A DNA stretch of 63,587 nucleotides, filler included, from Octopus bimaculoides (taxonomy: Eukaryota): the NCBI RefSeq assembly GCF_001194135.2. It is 6 parts of 5 records of this genome, joined end to end, with 100 filler letters (N's around TTAATTAATTAA, not from the genome) between each part and the next. Parts side by side here need not be neighbours in the genome. Positions count along the whole stretch, not along the records: positions 1 to 19,747 come from NC_068999.1; 5 more parts are not named here. The stretch is one strand, 5' to 3'. Every line of letters begins with the position of its first letter. Positions within the stretch are counted from its first letter, which is position 1. This document shows positions 1 to 14,034 of the stretch, piece by piece. The notes beneath the pieces are model-generated. The model did no database searches, had not been told where the DNA came from, and saw nothing but the letters and a program-made list of their open reading frames with translations. The position numbers and the translations under genes were made by a program.

Positions 1-65
<65 letters not shown>

Positions 66-374
66 AATAAGCAAATAGAAATAACTTAGATTAGTCATTT
101 GTAAGTACTTGAAGAGCATGGTCAATTTCAGTTAAATCAAATAACATACAGCATAAATCCATGTTTTCTTAAAGCGATATGCGTTTCTAGAAGTTGTTTC
201 ACAATTACCAAAAAAGCAAATGAGATCAGCTTTATATGAGAAGGAGATATAATCTCGAGAATAATGAATTCTCCAAACTTGACATTCTATTAACGGAAAG
301 GAGAGCTTTATTGTCTGGAAATTACAGGAGAGCCATGGACACCAAAAAACATAGCATTACAGCAGTGGCTATAG

Positions 375-795
375 GTGCAGGAGTGGCTGCGTGGTAAATA
401 GCTTGCTTACCAACCACATGGTTCCAGGTTCTAATCCCACTGCGTGGCAGCTTGGGCAAGTGTCTTTTACTATAGCTTCGGGTCGACCAAAGCCTTATGA
501 GTGGATTTGGTAGACGGAAACTGAAAGAAGCCTATCGCATATATCATATATATGTGTGTGTGTGTGTGTATATGTATGGGTTTGTTCCGCCACCATCGCT
601 TGACAACTAATGATGGTGTGTTTACGTCCCAGTAACTTAGCAGTTCAGCAAAAGACACTGATAGAGTAAGTACTAGGCTTACAAAGAATAAGTCCTGGGA
701 TCGATTTGTTCGACTAAAACGGCGGTGATCCAGGACGGCCGCAGCTGAATTACTGAAACAAATAAAGGAATAAAGGAATAAAAGAATAAAAGAAT
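375..795 (+). mobile_element. SINE family A (tRNA-derived head, internal microsatellite, conserved tail)
   Basis: Head gtggtaa..agcttgctt.ccaaccacatggttcc.ggttc; tail ends in (gaataaaa)n; many copies in the window. Confidence 0.85.
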
Positions 796-1013
796 ATGTG
801 TATTTGTGAGTATATATGCGCGTGAACAAACATCATGAAGAATGTATCAATACTCTTGTGATATCGTCACCCACACCCTACGCAAACATATAAGTACTTA
901 TATCTACATGTATTATGTATGTTTGTATCCCTGTCCCTCACTCTCTCAGAGTCTATCTATTTGTCTGGGGATTTGATTATGTATGTATGTATGTATGATT
1001 GTATGTGTATATT

Positions 1014-1047
<34 letters not shown>

Positions 1048-1246
1048 TGTATGTATGTATCTAGCTATCTATGTATCTATCTATTTATCTGTCTATCTAT
1101 ATCTATTCACATATACGCCCAAAGAAAAACTCACACAAATACATGTTCTGGAAAATATTAAAATGCATATTCCAATACACTAACAAAATTGCAACCGATC
1201 CTATTCACTTATTCTTTTATTTGTTTTGAAATTTAGCCGCATTTTG

Positions 1247-1338
<92 letters not shown>

Positions 1339-1749
1339 TTAAGGGTGATCTTTTGTTTGCAAACAAATTAACGAACGCGTAGCTTGTATAGCATTTGTGA
1401 ATAGGATTTATGAAGCGTGATCGATCTCAGAAACCGAAATTAATGTAAGGAATACATTTACACAGACACATACATACACACACACACACGCAAACACACA
1501 CACACTCATACATACACAAACACACACACATATAAGTACAAGACGCTGTGGAATTATTACGGATAGAGTTCGTTCATTAGAAAAAATTTGAAATTTACAG
1601 ACATTATCTACGTCGGTGTTAATATAACATACACTGAAATATTGCGTTGCATTTTTAGTTGTTTTAAAAAAGACAAAATCAATTTAGCAATATCATTGGT
1701 AAGCTTCATAATCCATACCATTATTTCTTCCCACGCAGTGGTTTAGTCA

Positions 1750-1920
1750 GTTGCTCTGTCTTCTGCGGGTTTGTGAATATAAAGTCAAGGTTTCGATTAA
1801 TGGACCAGGTAAAAGAGCTCTACTAGATACACACACACACACACGTGTAGAGGTCTTTTTCTCGGTCCATTAATCGAAACCTTGACTTTACCTTCACAAA
1901 CCCGCAGAAGACAGAGCAAC
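1750..1920. repeat. Inverted repeat, 74-bp arms with a (CA)n-containing 23-bp spacer
   Basis: 1750-1823 versus revcomp of 1847-1920: 68/74 identical. Confidence 0.9.
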
Positions 1921-2464
1921 AGATATATGTGTGTGTATATATATGTGTGTGTGTATATATAANNNNNNNNNNNNNNNNNNNNNNNNNNNNNNNNNNNNNN
2001 NNNNNNNNNNNNNNNNNNNNNNNNNNNNNNNNNNNNNNNNNNNNNNNNNNNNNNNNNNNNNNNNNNNNNNNNNNNNNNNNNNNNNNNNNNNNNNNNNNNN
2101 NNNNNNNNNNNTATATGTATGTATGTATCTTGTACAAATTAACACATAATTTCCAAAGAGCAAATGATTTCAGTTCTATCTGTGAAGGGGAGATAATCTC
2201 GAGAATAATGACTTTTCCAAACTTGGCATGCCATTAGCGGACAGGTGAGGTTTATTGTCTTGAGAATACGAGAGAGTCATGGACACAGGTTTCTGCCTCA
2301 GCCAGCTACATCAATATGACAATTCTCATATGTAATCTCAAGAGACTAAGGAACATATACAGAAAAAAAGAAGCATCTATGCCCTAAGTAATTTGCATAA
2401 TTAGACAAAATTGAGCTGAAAGTTTCCAAGTCCTAAGTAGATATGGCAGAATTATTGACTAATG

Positions 2465-2750
2465 AATTGGCACTCCGTCGGTCACGACGACGGGGGTTCC
2501 GCTTGATCCGATCAACGGAACAGCCTGCTCGTGAAATTAACGTGCAAGTGGCTGAGCACTCCACAGACACGCGTATCCTGAAAGTATTTCCAAAAGAGAT
2601 TCAGTGCAACACAAAATTTAACAAGGCTGGTCCTTTGAAATACCGGTACAAAACATTTTTACTAGGTACCGGACTGGAACAGCGTGAAATAAGTGTCTTG
2701 CTCAAGGACTCAACGCTTCGAGCCGATTATCCAAGCGATTAAGCCACGTG
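2465..2750 (-). mobile_element. SINE family C
   Basis: Shares tggcactccgtcgg.tacgac...gaaattaacgtgcaagtggctgagcactccacaga with 57600-57965; heads of the same family at ~8915-9110(+) and ~32850-33130(+). Confidence 0.7.
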
Positions 2751-3274
2751 TCTAGACATTGACTAATATATATATGCACGTGTATATATGAATGGATTTC
2801 TCTGTGTTTCTACGTCTGTGTATACACACATGCGTAAATTTACAATATACACTTCGGTGAATATATATTTACAGATACATTTTTGTAGGTAAAATCTTGA
2901 AATTCGTATAAGTTTCTTTAGAAGCATGTATATACACATTTTTATACGCATATGAAGAAGCGTGTACTTATTTGATAATTGTACGTACGTCAATCATATA
3001 TTAGAATATAATTCTTCGTTTATACGCCATTTTTCATTTCTCTTTTTCTCTTCTTTCATCTCAACCTCCCCATGATAATCTCTCACCGCCATTTTGTATA
3101 TGATAAAATATATGTGTGTGTGTAGGTGTATTTATATATGTGTGTTACTTGTGTACATGTGTGTTGTAGTGTGTGATGATCTCCATGTCTCCCTCGTTGC
3201 TCTCGGGGAAAACCCTTTGGCAAACTAGAGCCGTACAATGGGTGTCTACTGGAGATAAACCACTCAGATTCAGT

Positions 3275-3351
<77 letters not shown>

Positions 3352-3365
3352 CTTACATACATACC

Positions 3366-3400
<35 letters not shown>

Positions 3401-6400
3401 ATACATATATATATATACATATGCATACATATACACACACACACACATATAAAGACAAGAATGATATTACTACATTCTTTGAAATCTTTAAAGTGCAACA
3501 CCGTACTACAGTACATCAACCTGTAGAAAATAAATGAATTCCATGTTTAGGCTGAACGCGTGTAACGTATTGTTTTTGTTTAGTCTCTGCTTAGACATGA
3601 ACCAATGTACCTATGGCTAAATGCATTCTTATTTTGGTCATTTAATCATTTATTTATTGTTTTCAAGACTAGAGTATCTACGTTTATATTACACAATACT
3701 TTCTTAACTCTTTTTAAGACATCGATAATGAGTCTGAAGAAGAGTGAACGAGTTTTGTCTTGTAGAACCATTGTTGTTTGTATGATACACAATACAGTAC
3801 TAAACTCTAAAGAAAGCCTATTCATCAGAAAATGTTTAAAGTAAAAGTTCCCCACATCATGCAAGAATTTCGTCCCTTAGCTTCCATTATTTTCTGTGCC
3901 AATGTCGAAGTCAAATATTTCATTTTCTCTGAAAGTCCAGTCTCTCTGCGTCAATTAGCATCTGTGATGGCAAATTTAAATACATTCCTAACGAACACTA
4001 CTTGTAATTAGAAAAAAATTAAGTCGTATGGATTTCGATTTTACCTGGGTAATTCCGTATTGCGTAAATAATATATCAGTAAACTTGTAGCTTGTATTTA
4101 TTTTCCACTCATCCTTTTAACTATCAGATCATTCAATTTCTTGATTGTTTCTTCATCTCATCACTCCCATGCTTAGGTACTTCTGGATGTCAGGTTAAGT
4201 TTCAGAAGCTTAGTATTAAGAGCCTGTACAAATTCCTCGTATGAATGACTTTTGGCATTTTGATTTGAATCCTGGTGTTTGCACTGAAGTTTTCTTATAC
4301 ATGCTCTTCATACCGTTAATCTGCATACGGAACTCAATAAAGAGAATTTTCATTTACATACACATAATTATTCCATGTGTTCACTATTCGTTGCCCGTTA
4401 TGCATAGAATGCGTTAAAGAAATAGGCAAAAATTCAGGTGAAATTGGATTTCAACTGAAAATATAATGTTCCGTCAAACAGTCGAAATCTGTTTTGCCTT
4501 CTTTGTTCTTCTCCTCCAACACACTCCAAATTTCTGAATAATTATTTCCAGTATACATGTACAAATCCACATAATTATGATGGATCTGCATATTTGATTG
4601 TGTCGATGCAACTATGTGACTATCGTCTTAGAGAAACTTCAAAATTGAAAGTCAAGATGGCCCTCCTTTGAAACTGAATTAGACAGGAAAATACAACAAC
4701 TAAGATGTTTAACGATACTTGTGCAGCGCTCCACTGGTTCCACCAGCCCAATAAGGTCGTAGGGCATTATAATATTCAGCTATAAATGGAAAGCAGCGAG
4801 CTGACAGAATAGTTCATACACCGGAAAAGAGGATTAGCAGCATTTCGTCCGATTCTACATTCTGTGTTCAAATTCCACCGATGTTGACTTTGCCTTTTTG
4901 GGGTCCTTTTGGCGTCGATAAAATAAACACCAGTTGAGCACTGGGGTCGATTCAATTTACCTGGCCCCTCACCGAAAACTGTTGGCCTTGCGCTAAAATT
5001 TGAAGCCAATATTTAATTATGAATTTCAAATAACTAATTATGCTATATGAATTTTAATAATACAATATTACATATCCTACAGCGCTGCGAATGCGTTTGC
5101 GTCCACGTAGTGACATTATCTGCTAGAAATAGTAGCCAAATTCGCTCAAATCACAAGGTACGTTCTTCAACAAAGGAAGAAACCTTTCGAAATGCAGTTT
5201 CATGTACAGTGCGCCTGAAAATTGAAAACAAAGAAACAGCAATGAAATCAATAGCTATAGCTAGAGTCTCTTTACTGGGAGATATGTCGGGTGAAGGATG
5301 ATCTAGGGTTAAAAGTAACAAGAACGTGAATAATAAACATTTGTTGGATGATGAACAGGTAATATTACTGCGCTGGTCCTCAACGAGTTAAATGGATGTA
5401 TTGATGTTTCTTACTGTATTTTACTGAATACTTTGTTACGAGAAGAAAGCCGCACAAAAAAAGGCTTCTTAAAAGAATTATCTCCCCTAGACACACATAG
5501 ATTATATGGTTGTCTTCCGCCGGAGGGCTTCACCAAGGAAAAATGAGAAAACTGAAAACGAATGAGAAAAAACGCACACACACAAACTCTCACAAAAGGA
5601 ACAACAGACAATCGCCCGTACACACAAGTAGACATGAGTAAGCGTTAGTGTACATATGTATGTAAAAAAGAGAGTGATTCAGAGATAGATATACAATTTG
5701 ATATCCATATACATGCCTGCATTCAGATATCTACGCGCAAAGTTACATCCATATCAAAATATGGCGACAATTATATGCTTACTTAAGGATGTATTTTAAC
5801 TTGTAATATGTCTCAAAAAAGTAGATATTTCGGATTAAGACGTTCACGAGGGAAGAACGATTAAAAGTGAGAAACTCAGAGAAGAGATTGAGTGGAGCGT
5901 CATCAAACACATATGTATATATATATAAGTAAATAAATATATATATATNNNNNNNNNNNNNNNNNNNNNNNNNNNNNNNNNNNNNNNNNNNNNNNNNNNN
6001 NNNNNNNNNNNNNNNNNNNNNNNNNNNNNNNNNNNNNNNNNNNNNNNNNNNNNNNNNNNNNNNNNNNNNNNNNNNNNNNNNNNNNNNNNNNNNNNNNNNN
6101 NNNNNNNNNNNNNNNNNNNNNNNNNNNNNNNNNNNNNNNNNNNNNNNNNNNNNNNNNNNNNNNNNNNNNNNNNNNNNNNNNNNNNNNNNNNNNNNNNNNN
6201 NNNNNNNNNNNNNNNNNNNNNNNNNNNNNNNNNNNNNNNNNNNNNNNNNNNNNNNNNNNNNNNNNNNNNNNNNNNNNNNNNNNNNNNNNNNNNNNNNNNN
6301 NNNNNNNNNNNNNNNNNNNNNNNNNNNNNNNNNNNNNNNNNNNNNNNNNNNNNNNNNNNNNNNNNNNNNNNNNNNNNNNNNNNNNNNNNNNNNNNNNNNN

Positions 6401-6928
6401 NNNNNNNNNNNNNNNNNNNNNNNNNNNNNNNNNNNNNNNNNNNNNNNNNNNNNNNNNNNNNNNNNNNNNNNNNNNNNNNNNNNNNNNNNNNNNNNNNNNN
6501 NNNNNNNNNNNNNNNNNNNNNNNNNNNNNNNNNNNNNNNNNNNNNNNNNNNNNNNNNNNNNNNNNNNNNNNNNNNNNNNNNNNTACATATATATATATAT
6601 ATATATATATACAAAAATAAGAGGGATGACCAGCAAAAGTGGACTCCTATATGCTAGAAAGAGATGCCGAATCATCTAACCACGAAAAATATGTTCTCAG
6701 TAAAAATTTAGCGACACAACAGACTGTAAAAGGGCAAGACAAATAAAAAAAATACTAAAGAAAAAAAAAACGATTAACCTACGTACCATGGTTTCACCTT
6801 TTAAAATTTACACACAGAATCAGGACAAAATCATGAAAATAGAAATGCTTCTTGCTTTAGTATTGTAATAAATACAATTCATCCAAATTTCCTTACGCTA
6901 TTGTACAGATTTTGTTAATCGGTGTCGA

Positions 6929-7155
6929 GTTTTACTATTCTGTAAATAATAATAATGGTATTCTTTTATAAGCTTAAAGCTTATATCGATCACTGGGCAA
7001 ATGACGAAGGACAATAGTCTAATAAAGGGTGATATAAGCCCCCGAAAGATAAAAGTAATCTTTCCCCGTACTATTTTCCGTAGTCATTTGCACGGTGATC
7101 ACTATAAGCTTTAAGATTATAAAAAATACCATTATTATTTACAGAATTGTAAAAC
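6929..7155. repeat. Inverted repeat, ~88-bp arms with a 51-bp spacer (MITE-like)
   Basis: 6929-7018 versus revcomp of 7070-7155 align with scattered mismatches and two small indels. Confidence 0.8.
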
Positions 7156-7443
7156 AAATGATACCGCTTACCAGAACCACTCGCATTGAAAGCAAATAAA
7201 ATTGGTTCACAAAAACAACTACGAACTAATGTAGTTCTTACATTTGACAGAAAGGAGCAGGCTGGTTCGCTGGTGTAATCGGTAATACACTTAGTCGCGT
7301 TAACGACAGGCTTCTTCCAGTTTCTGTCTATCAAATCCACTCAGAAAGCTTTGGTCCGCCCGAGGCTATAGCAGAAGACACTTGTCCAAGTTTCCACACA
7401 GTGGGACTGAACCTAGAACCATGTCGTTGGGAAGCAAGCTTCT

Positions 7444-7680
7444 TATTTCTTTATTGCCCACAAGGGGCTAAACATAGAGAGGACAAACAAGGACAGACAA
7501 AGGGATTAAATCGATTACATCGACCCCAGTGCGTAACTGGTACTTAATTTATCGACCTTGAAAGGATGAAAGGCAAAGTCGACATCGGCGGAATTTGAAC
7601 TCACAACGTAACAGAAGACGAAATACCGCTAAGCATTTCACCCGGCGTGCTAACGCTTCTGCCAGCTCGCCGCCTTACCA
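7444..7680 (-). mobile_element. SINE family B
   Basis: Revcomp of ggcggcgagctggcagaa.cgttagcacgccggg...gttcaaattccgccgaggtcgactttgcc. Confidence 0.85.
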
Positions 7681-8644
7681 CANNNNNNNNNNTATATATA
7701 TGGTGGCGTGGTGGGGTGGTTTCTTAGGTTGTGGCTTGCATATACAAATTTTTTCCCAGAAACTTAAGGATGTAGATTCTCATATGTGTGTGTGTTAGTA
7801 CGTATACATATTGAGAGATAAATAAAGAGAGAGAAAGAGACAGACAAAAACAGAGACAGAGTGAGTCGATACAAAGGTAGTTTATATATATTAACGATAG
7901 ATTGGTAGACACGTGGATGGATATAAATTGTGCAAGAAAGATAATTTATATAACTATATTTGCCTAAGGCATAACTTGTAAAATATATATGCTATACTTT
8001 TAAATTTTTATATTTATATAACGAAAATTTGCCTGCGGTAAAAAGAATATACTTTTTAGTCAGACAATTGTCCACACTCACATATATGCAATCACACATA
8101 TAAAGCGATATACGTATGGTCACATATACTGATACATGCGTTTCTACGACTATGTCATTCTGCAAATATGTTATCAAGAAACCTATACAGATAAACATGT
8201 GCATGATTACTGAAAAGAAATCATACATGAAATTTGAAGGTTCCTAATATTTTCCGCTGGTGTTCTCCATCCTTGTCTCTCTTGCTGTCTCTCAAAACAT
8301 GCAAATACGCGCACATTCATAAACACAAACGTACATATACATACATACCTACCTGCATACATACACGCATAATTGTTTGTGTGTATGAACAAATTCCTAT
8401 ATAACTAACGTACATATATATATATATATATATACACACAAGAACATACACCATTATATATATATATATATATATANNNNNNNNNNNNNNNNNNNNNNNN
8501 NNNNNNNNNNNNNNNNNNNNNNNNNNNNNNNNNNNNNNNNNNNNNNNNNNNNNNNNNNNNNNNNNNNNNNNNNNNNNNNNNNNNNNNNNNNNNNNNNNNN
8601 NNNNNNNNNNNNNNNNNNNNNNNNNNNNNNNNNNNNNNNTATAT

Positions 8645-8690
<46 letters not shown>

Positions 8691-10154
8691 TATTATATAC
8701 GCATATATGTATCTACATACAACCTCTCTGCGATATTTTGTGCTCATATGACTATTTACTGGGTGGCATGCATGAATACGTTTGAGTACAAATCTCTATT
8801 TGTGCCTAAGAGTACATGCTGAGTTGCGCGCATGTGCTAGCTTGTTTACTTATATAGAAGTATAAGCTGATTTTGGAATTTATCGTATTCATTTTGTACG
8901 TCAGTGATGGTGCCTGGCTCAGTGGTTACGGTATTCGGTTCAAGATTGTAAATTTGTGATTTCGATTCCCGGCGGTGCGTTGTGTCATTAAACACGACGC
9001 TTTATTTCCCGTTTCTGCAGTCCACTCAGCTGGCATAAATGACTAGTATCTGTAATTTGAAAGGGCTAGGCTTGTCACATCCTGTATCAGGCTGAATCTC
9101 CCTCACAAATGATTATTTCATTCCCACACAATTGATTAAGGAGATATGTACCCTTGTCTTTCATGTGGAGCTACCCTTAAGTACTTCTTTCAGATTCCCT
9201 TCCCCTGACGTTATTTATCAAGTGGTGGGACAACTGTTTCTAAATTATTTCTATTACACAAAGTTATACAATGATGATTACTAATGAAAAGTGTATTTAC
9301 TAAGGCGAAACATCTTTCGTTATGTAAAATACAACATTCAAAGTGAAAGAAACTGTGACTGATATAAAATAAAACAGCAGCCTATTGGAGGTTTGATAAC
9401 AAGGTTAAATACGTTTCCATGATAAACTTATTCAGCAATTTTTCTGTTGATGTGATTGGTTTCTTCGCCTTGTGTTAATTTCGAAATGGGTTCCGTAATG
9501 CGAGGTATGGAAATAAACTGTATAGCCACTAAGTCAATATATTCTTTCATGTGTGTTTATGCATGTCTATGTATGCATATACGTACCTGCACACACAGGC
9601 ATACATGCACACACATATATATAAGCAGAGAGAGACAGTAATGTCTAACTAATAGGGTGGGTGTTTGATAGGTTGGCACCCTGGCTGAGTAGCTGACTGG
9701 TTCTTTCGTTCTCTCGCTGGATAGCCAGCTGGTTAAATGGCTGAATAGATAAAACTGATAGTTTATTTCAATGATTAAGTGATTCATTGATTAGGTAATC
9801 GAATGAGTGATTGATTTCTTTTTTTTTTTTTTCCTCTGTGTACTCAGACATTCGCTGCCCGGTTTCATATGAAGAGGCGAGACTCATCGTGAACCTTTAA
9901 ACAGAACAATTCCTGACTGAACACTGACTGCTTTCTGTTCTGTTCTGCACTTTGTCGTTTCGGTTTATTTCATTCTCCTCTTCTTTTCTCAGGGAAAGGG
10001 CGACGTTGCAACCCTCAACTCACTCACCCATCACTCTCATCCATAAATCTAGTCCTTTGTACCCAATTAAGAAATTACCATTTCAATACAAGGATGAATA
10101 ATTATAACTAACGCAATATATTCCGTGTTATACATTCATTTGGATTATTATTGC

Positions 10155-10203
<49 letters not shown>

Positions 10204-10764
10204 TTATTTTATTTTTCATATTTCTCTTCGTTCATTTTCTTTTTCTTTCATCAACTCGAAGAGCAAATATTTAGAGAAACTCGGTAGCCATATTGTGTCA
10301 GCACATTTCAATATATTATTGGATATTTTTGTTGTCTTGTTATTTTTTCCTGTATCTATTTATTATATATTTCTAATATCCGGTCTATCATTGTGCGTGT
10401 CATACACATAACAAATGAGACAAATACAAAATATCTTTTTCTTCTTCTTTCATTTACATTTTATTTATTCTGATTTATTTGTTATTATTAACGGCAATTG
10501 ATGGCAGAATCGGTAAAGCTGAGAACAAAAGATCCAGCTATATTAATTCACCATTATATACGACGTGAGTTCAAGTCTTACGGTAGCTGAGATTTCATTT
10601 TTGTTATAACTTAACGGTGAAAGCGACATATTCAATCACGTAACGAGTTCAAAGCTAATCGAGATTGACATTTGCCATTTATTATAATTTAACAACGAAA
10701 GTGACGTATTCAGTCATTTCTGTGTCTAAATACTCGCCTAACATTCGCTAATATTGTAATTTTA

Positions 10765-11275
10765 CAAGAAGCTGGCAGAATCGTTAGCACGCCGGGTGAA
10801 ATGCTTAGCGTTATTTCGTCTCTCTCTATGTTTTGATTTCAAATTCCGCCGAGGTCGACTGTGCCTTTCATCTTTTCGAGGTCGATAAATTAAGTACCAA
10901 ATGCGTACTGGGAGTCGATCTAATGGACTGGGCCCGCTCCCCAAATAAATTTCGGGCCTTGTTACTAGAATAGAAAAGAATATAATTTTACAATAAGAAC
11001 GAAGAAAGGCGTCAGATATAAAGCTCTGCTATATTTTATTCCCATCTTTCAGGCGGCGAGCTGACAGAGTAGTTTTGAGTCTGGGCAAAATCCATATTGA
11101 TATTTCATCTGTCTTCACGTTCTGAGTTCAAATTCCGCTGATGTCGACTTCGCATATATTACTTTTGTGGACGATAAAATAAGTACCTGTGGAATTTGAG
11201 TACTGGTGTGAATGAACTCAACTTAGCCCCTCTTCCGAAATTGAAGGCCTTGTACCGAAATTTGAAATCAGCAAT
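10765..11275 (+). mobile_element. Two tandem SINE family B copies
   Basis: Family B consensus at ~10765-10985 and ~11050-11275. Confidence 0.8.
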
Positions 11276-11714
11276 TAACTATTTTATCGTTGCCCACGCA
11301 TTTCCCACAAACTATCGGCACATTTGAGCATCAACCAGAGCAATTTCTTCAGAGCTAAAAGAGAGGTTGTCCTGCATAGGTCATGTGTACTATCTCATCC
11401 TTCTGAAACTAATTTATAAAATTTTATATACGTGTATATATATATTTATGTGGGTGTAGGTATGTATATATGGTGGAAACTTATTTCGATATAATTTTTT
11501 TTTATCACTTCAATTGATAATATCATTGAGAAATGTATAAACATGAACAGTGACGAGTCTCATTTTTCATCTTCCATAAATTATTGTCTTCTTCGAAAAC
11601 AGGAAATCAATATAACATTAAATTATTTAAATTAGATTTTTAGGAAGAGCTATCTAGGACGACTTAACGTAAAATAGATCGAAATATGGGAAACAGAATT
11701 GATTGTTTCTATCA

Positions 11715-11779
<65 letters not shown>

Positions 11780-12000
11780 TTATAGTTATAGTAATAATAA
11801 TACGAATTTTTTGTTATTATGGTTTCTGTTTTTTTTTGTTTTTTTTTACAAATTTGCTACTATACTGCGAATATTCAATGTAAATTAAATTGATTAGATT
11901 TCAGTTTTCCCCAAAAATACTATATGATATCCCTCACGTATTGTTTGTACTCAGGCTTAAATAGTTGACATTTTTGTTTTTCTTTTTTACTCACTTATAT

Positions 12001-12336
12001 CAGTTGTTTTCAATCGGGGTTCATACGGTCCCTGGGGGTTAATAAAATAATTGGGGTGGGGGTAAAAAAGTAAATTGGGTATACATTATAGTATTTAAGG
12101 GCCTTTGTAAAAAATCTTGCTTTAGATGTATATATTGGTACGGTATCTAATGTTTTACGTAGTTCAACCTAGACAAGTTGATTTGTGAAAAACGAAATAG
12201 GAATTTTGAAAGAAGGTTCTATAAAGCTAGTTTTTAAGCATCGAATGACTATAGGGAGAGGGGGGATCCATAATAAAATAGTAATCAAAGGGGTCCATAG
12301 GTATAAGATAGTTCATAACTCCTGCTCTACATTGTA
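12001..12336. mobile_element. Probable hAT (Charlie-like) MITE
   Basis: Starts cagttgttttcaatcgggg and ends ttcataactcctg, with internal ggggtcc motifs typical of hAT MITEs; TSD poorly preserved. Confidence 0.45.
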
Positions 12337-12399
12337 TTAGCAATTACGATTGGAAACCTTTTTAAACGGTACATTCAAATGAAGATTTTAATAATTATT

Positions 12400-12610
12400 T
12401 CTATTCTAGGCACAAGGCCTTGAAAATTTTAGAGAAGGGGGCTAGTCGATTATACCAACCCTAGTGCGTAACCGGTACTTATTTCATCGACCCCGAAAGG
12501 ATGAAAGGCAAAGTCAACCTCGGCGAAATTTGAACTCAGAACGTAGCGGCAGACGAAATACTGCTCAGCACTCCTCCCGGCGTGCTAACGATTCTGCCAG
12601 CTCGCCGCTT
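12400..12610 (-). mobile_element. SINE family B
   Basis: Family B consensus, reverse strand. Confidence 0.85.
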
Positions 12611-13162
12611 TATTGAAATCTTTTATAATAATTAATGAAATATTTAAGGCATTCATAAAAGAGAAATCAAAGAATATCCAAAATTCCTGCCGACAGTCCT
12701 TATTCTACAATCTCTTCTTGACTGACAGGTTGGCGCCAAACTCATCTTAAATTTCTTATTTTTTTGTAATTTGAGTAGAGATTTCACTTGATGATAATGT
12801 GTTGATTAATCAACGAGTCCTTGCTCCCCTGTTTTATATGACTGCCTGATGAGTTGAGAGTAATATAACGAATTACTCAATCTAATTAAGTGTATTATGT
12901 TTATGTCAAAATAAAATCTAATGTAACAATTGTAGCTGTGTCTATTATTACTACATATGTGTGTGCGCGTGCGTATTTATGTACACGAACGCATGCATAC
13001 ATATGTGTGTATGTATTTATGGGGGGTTGCGTGTGTGTGTGTGTGTGTGTGTTGTGGAGTGTACTGTAACGTGTGACACTGAACGATGACGAATGACCAT
13101 ACGGAAGACAGAAAAAAGAAAACGATGAAATGTTGACACGCTCACCCTTCATCAGTTTGGGA

Positions 13163-13280
<118 letters not shown>

Positions 13281-13918
13281 TGGTCTTGCATGCTATGTCC
13301 TCGAAACAAATTCGCTCTCAGACATTGATTATTATTGTTGTACAGAAGGCATTTGCTGGAGCCGCTGTGCGGTGAAACTTAATCGGAAACCACGTGGATG
13401 TGAAGTGAACATTTTAATCACGCTGCTAAACCTGCGTCTATATAAACTGGCAATGCGTAGTCTGGGATTCGAACCTGGTGTCTCATGCACTCAAAGAGAT
13501 GTTTCTCGCTCCAAAAACAACGATCTAAAAGCATGATGGAAAAATCGTAAGATCGACAGGAAAATTGCAGTATTTGATCTGATACTTTCCGTTCTGAGTT
13601 CAAATCCTGCGAAGGCCAACTTGATTTTCATGTTTCCTGGGTGGATAAAATGAAATACCAGGCACGTATTCGCGACAACGGCATCGACCAACCCTCCTCC
13701 CAAAATTACTCACTTCGCACCGAAATCAGAAACCATTGTGTTCCTCTGTCCTTAAACGGTCATTGCCCCTCACTTCTCCTCCGCCTGCGCCTCCTTCCTC
13801 CTCATTCTTTACAGTCTAGCTCTCTGCTTTAGAACAATATCTCTCTCATCATCACAGCCATCTGTTTTGGTTTTCGTTGCCCTTTTTTTATGTATTTCAT
13901 CTTTATTTAAGTTCTTTC

Positions 13919-14034
<116 letters not shown>

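Noticed and set aside
12846-12890. CTGATGA-GTT...AAC-GAA hammerhead-like core
   Set aside because: GAAA is incomplete (GAATT), and no stem I or III could be formed.
13460-13515. tRNA-like GGTTCGAATCC (minus); also 41040-41100
   Set aside because: Only B-box fragments with no full cloverleaf; probably SINE heads.
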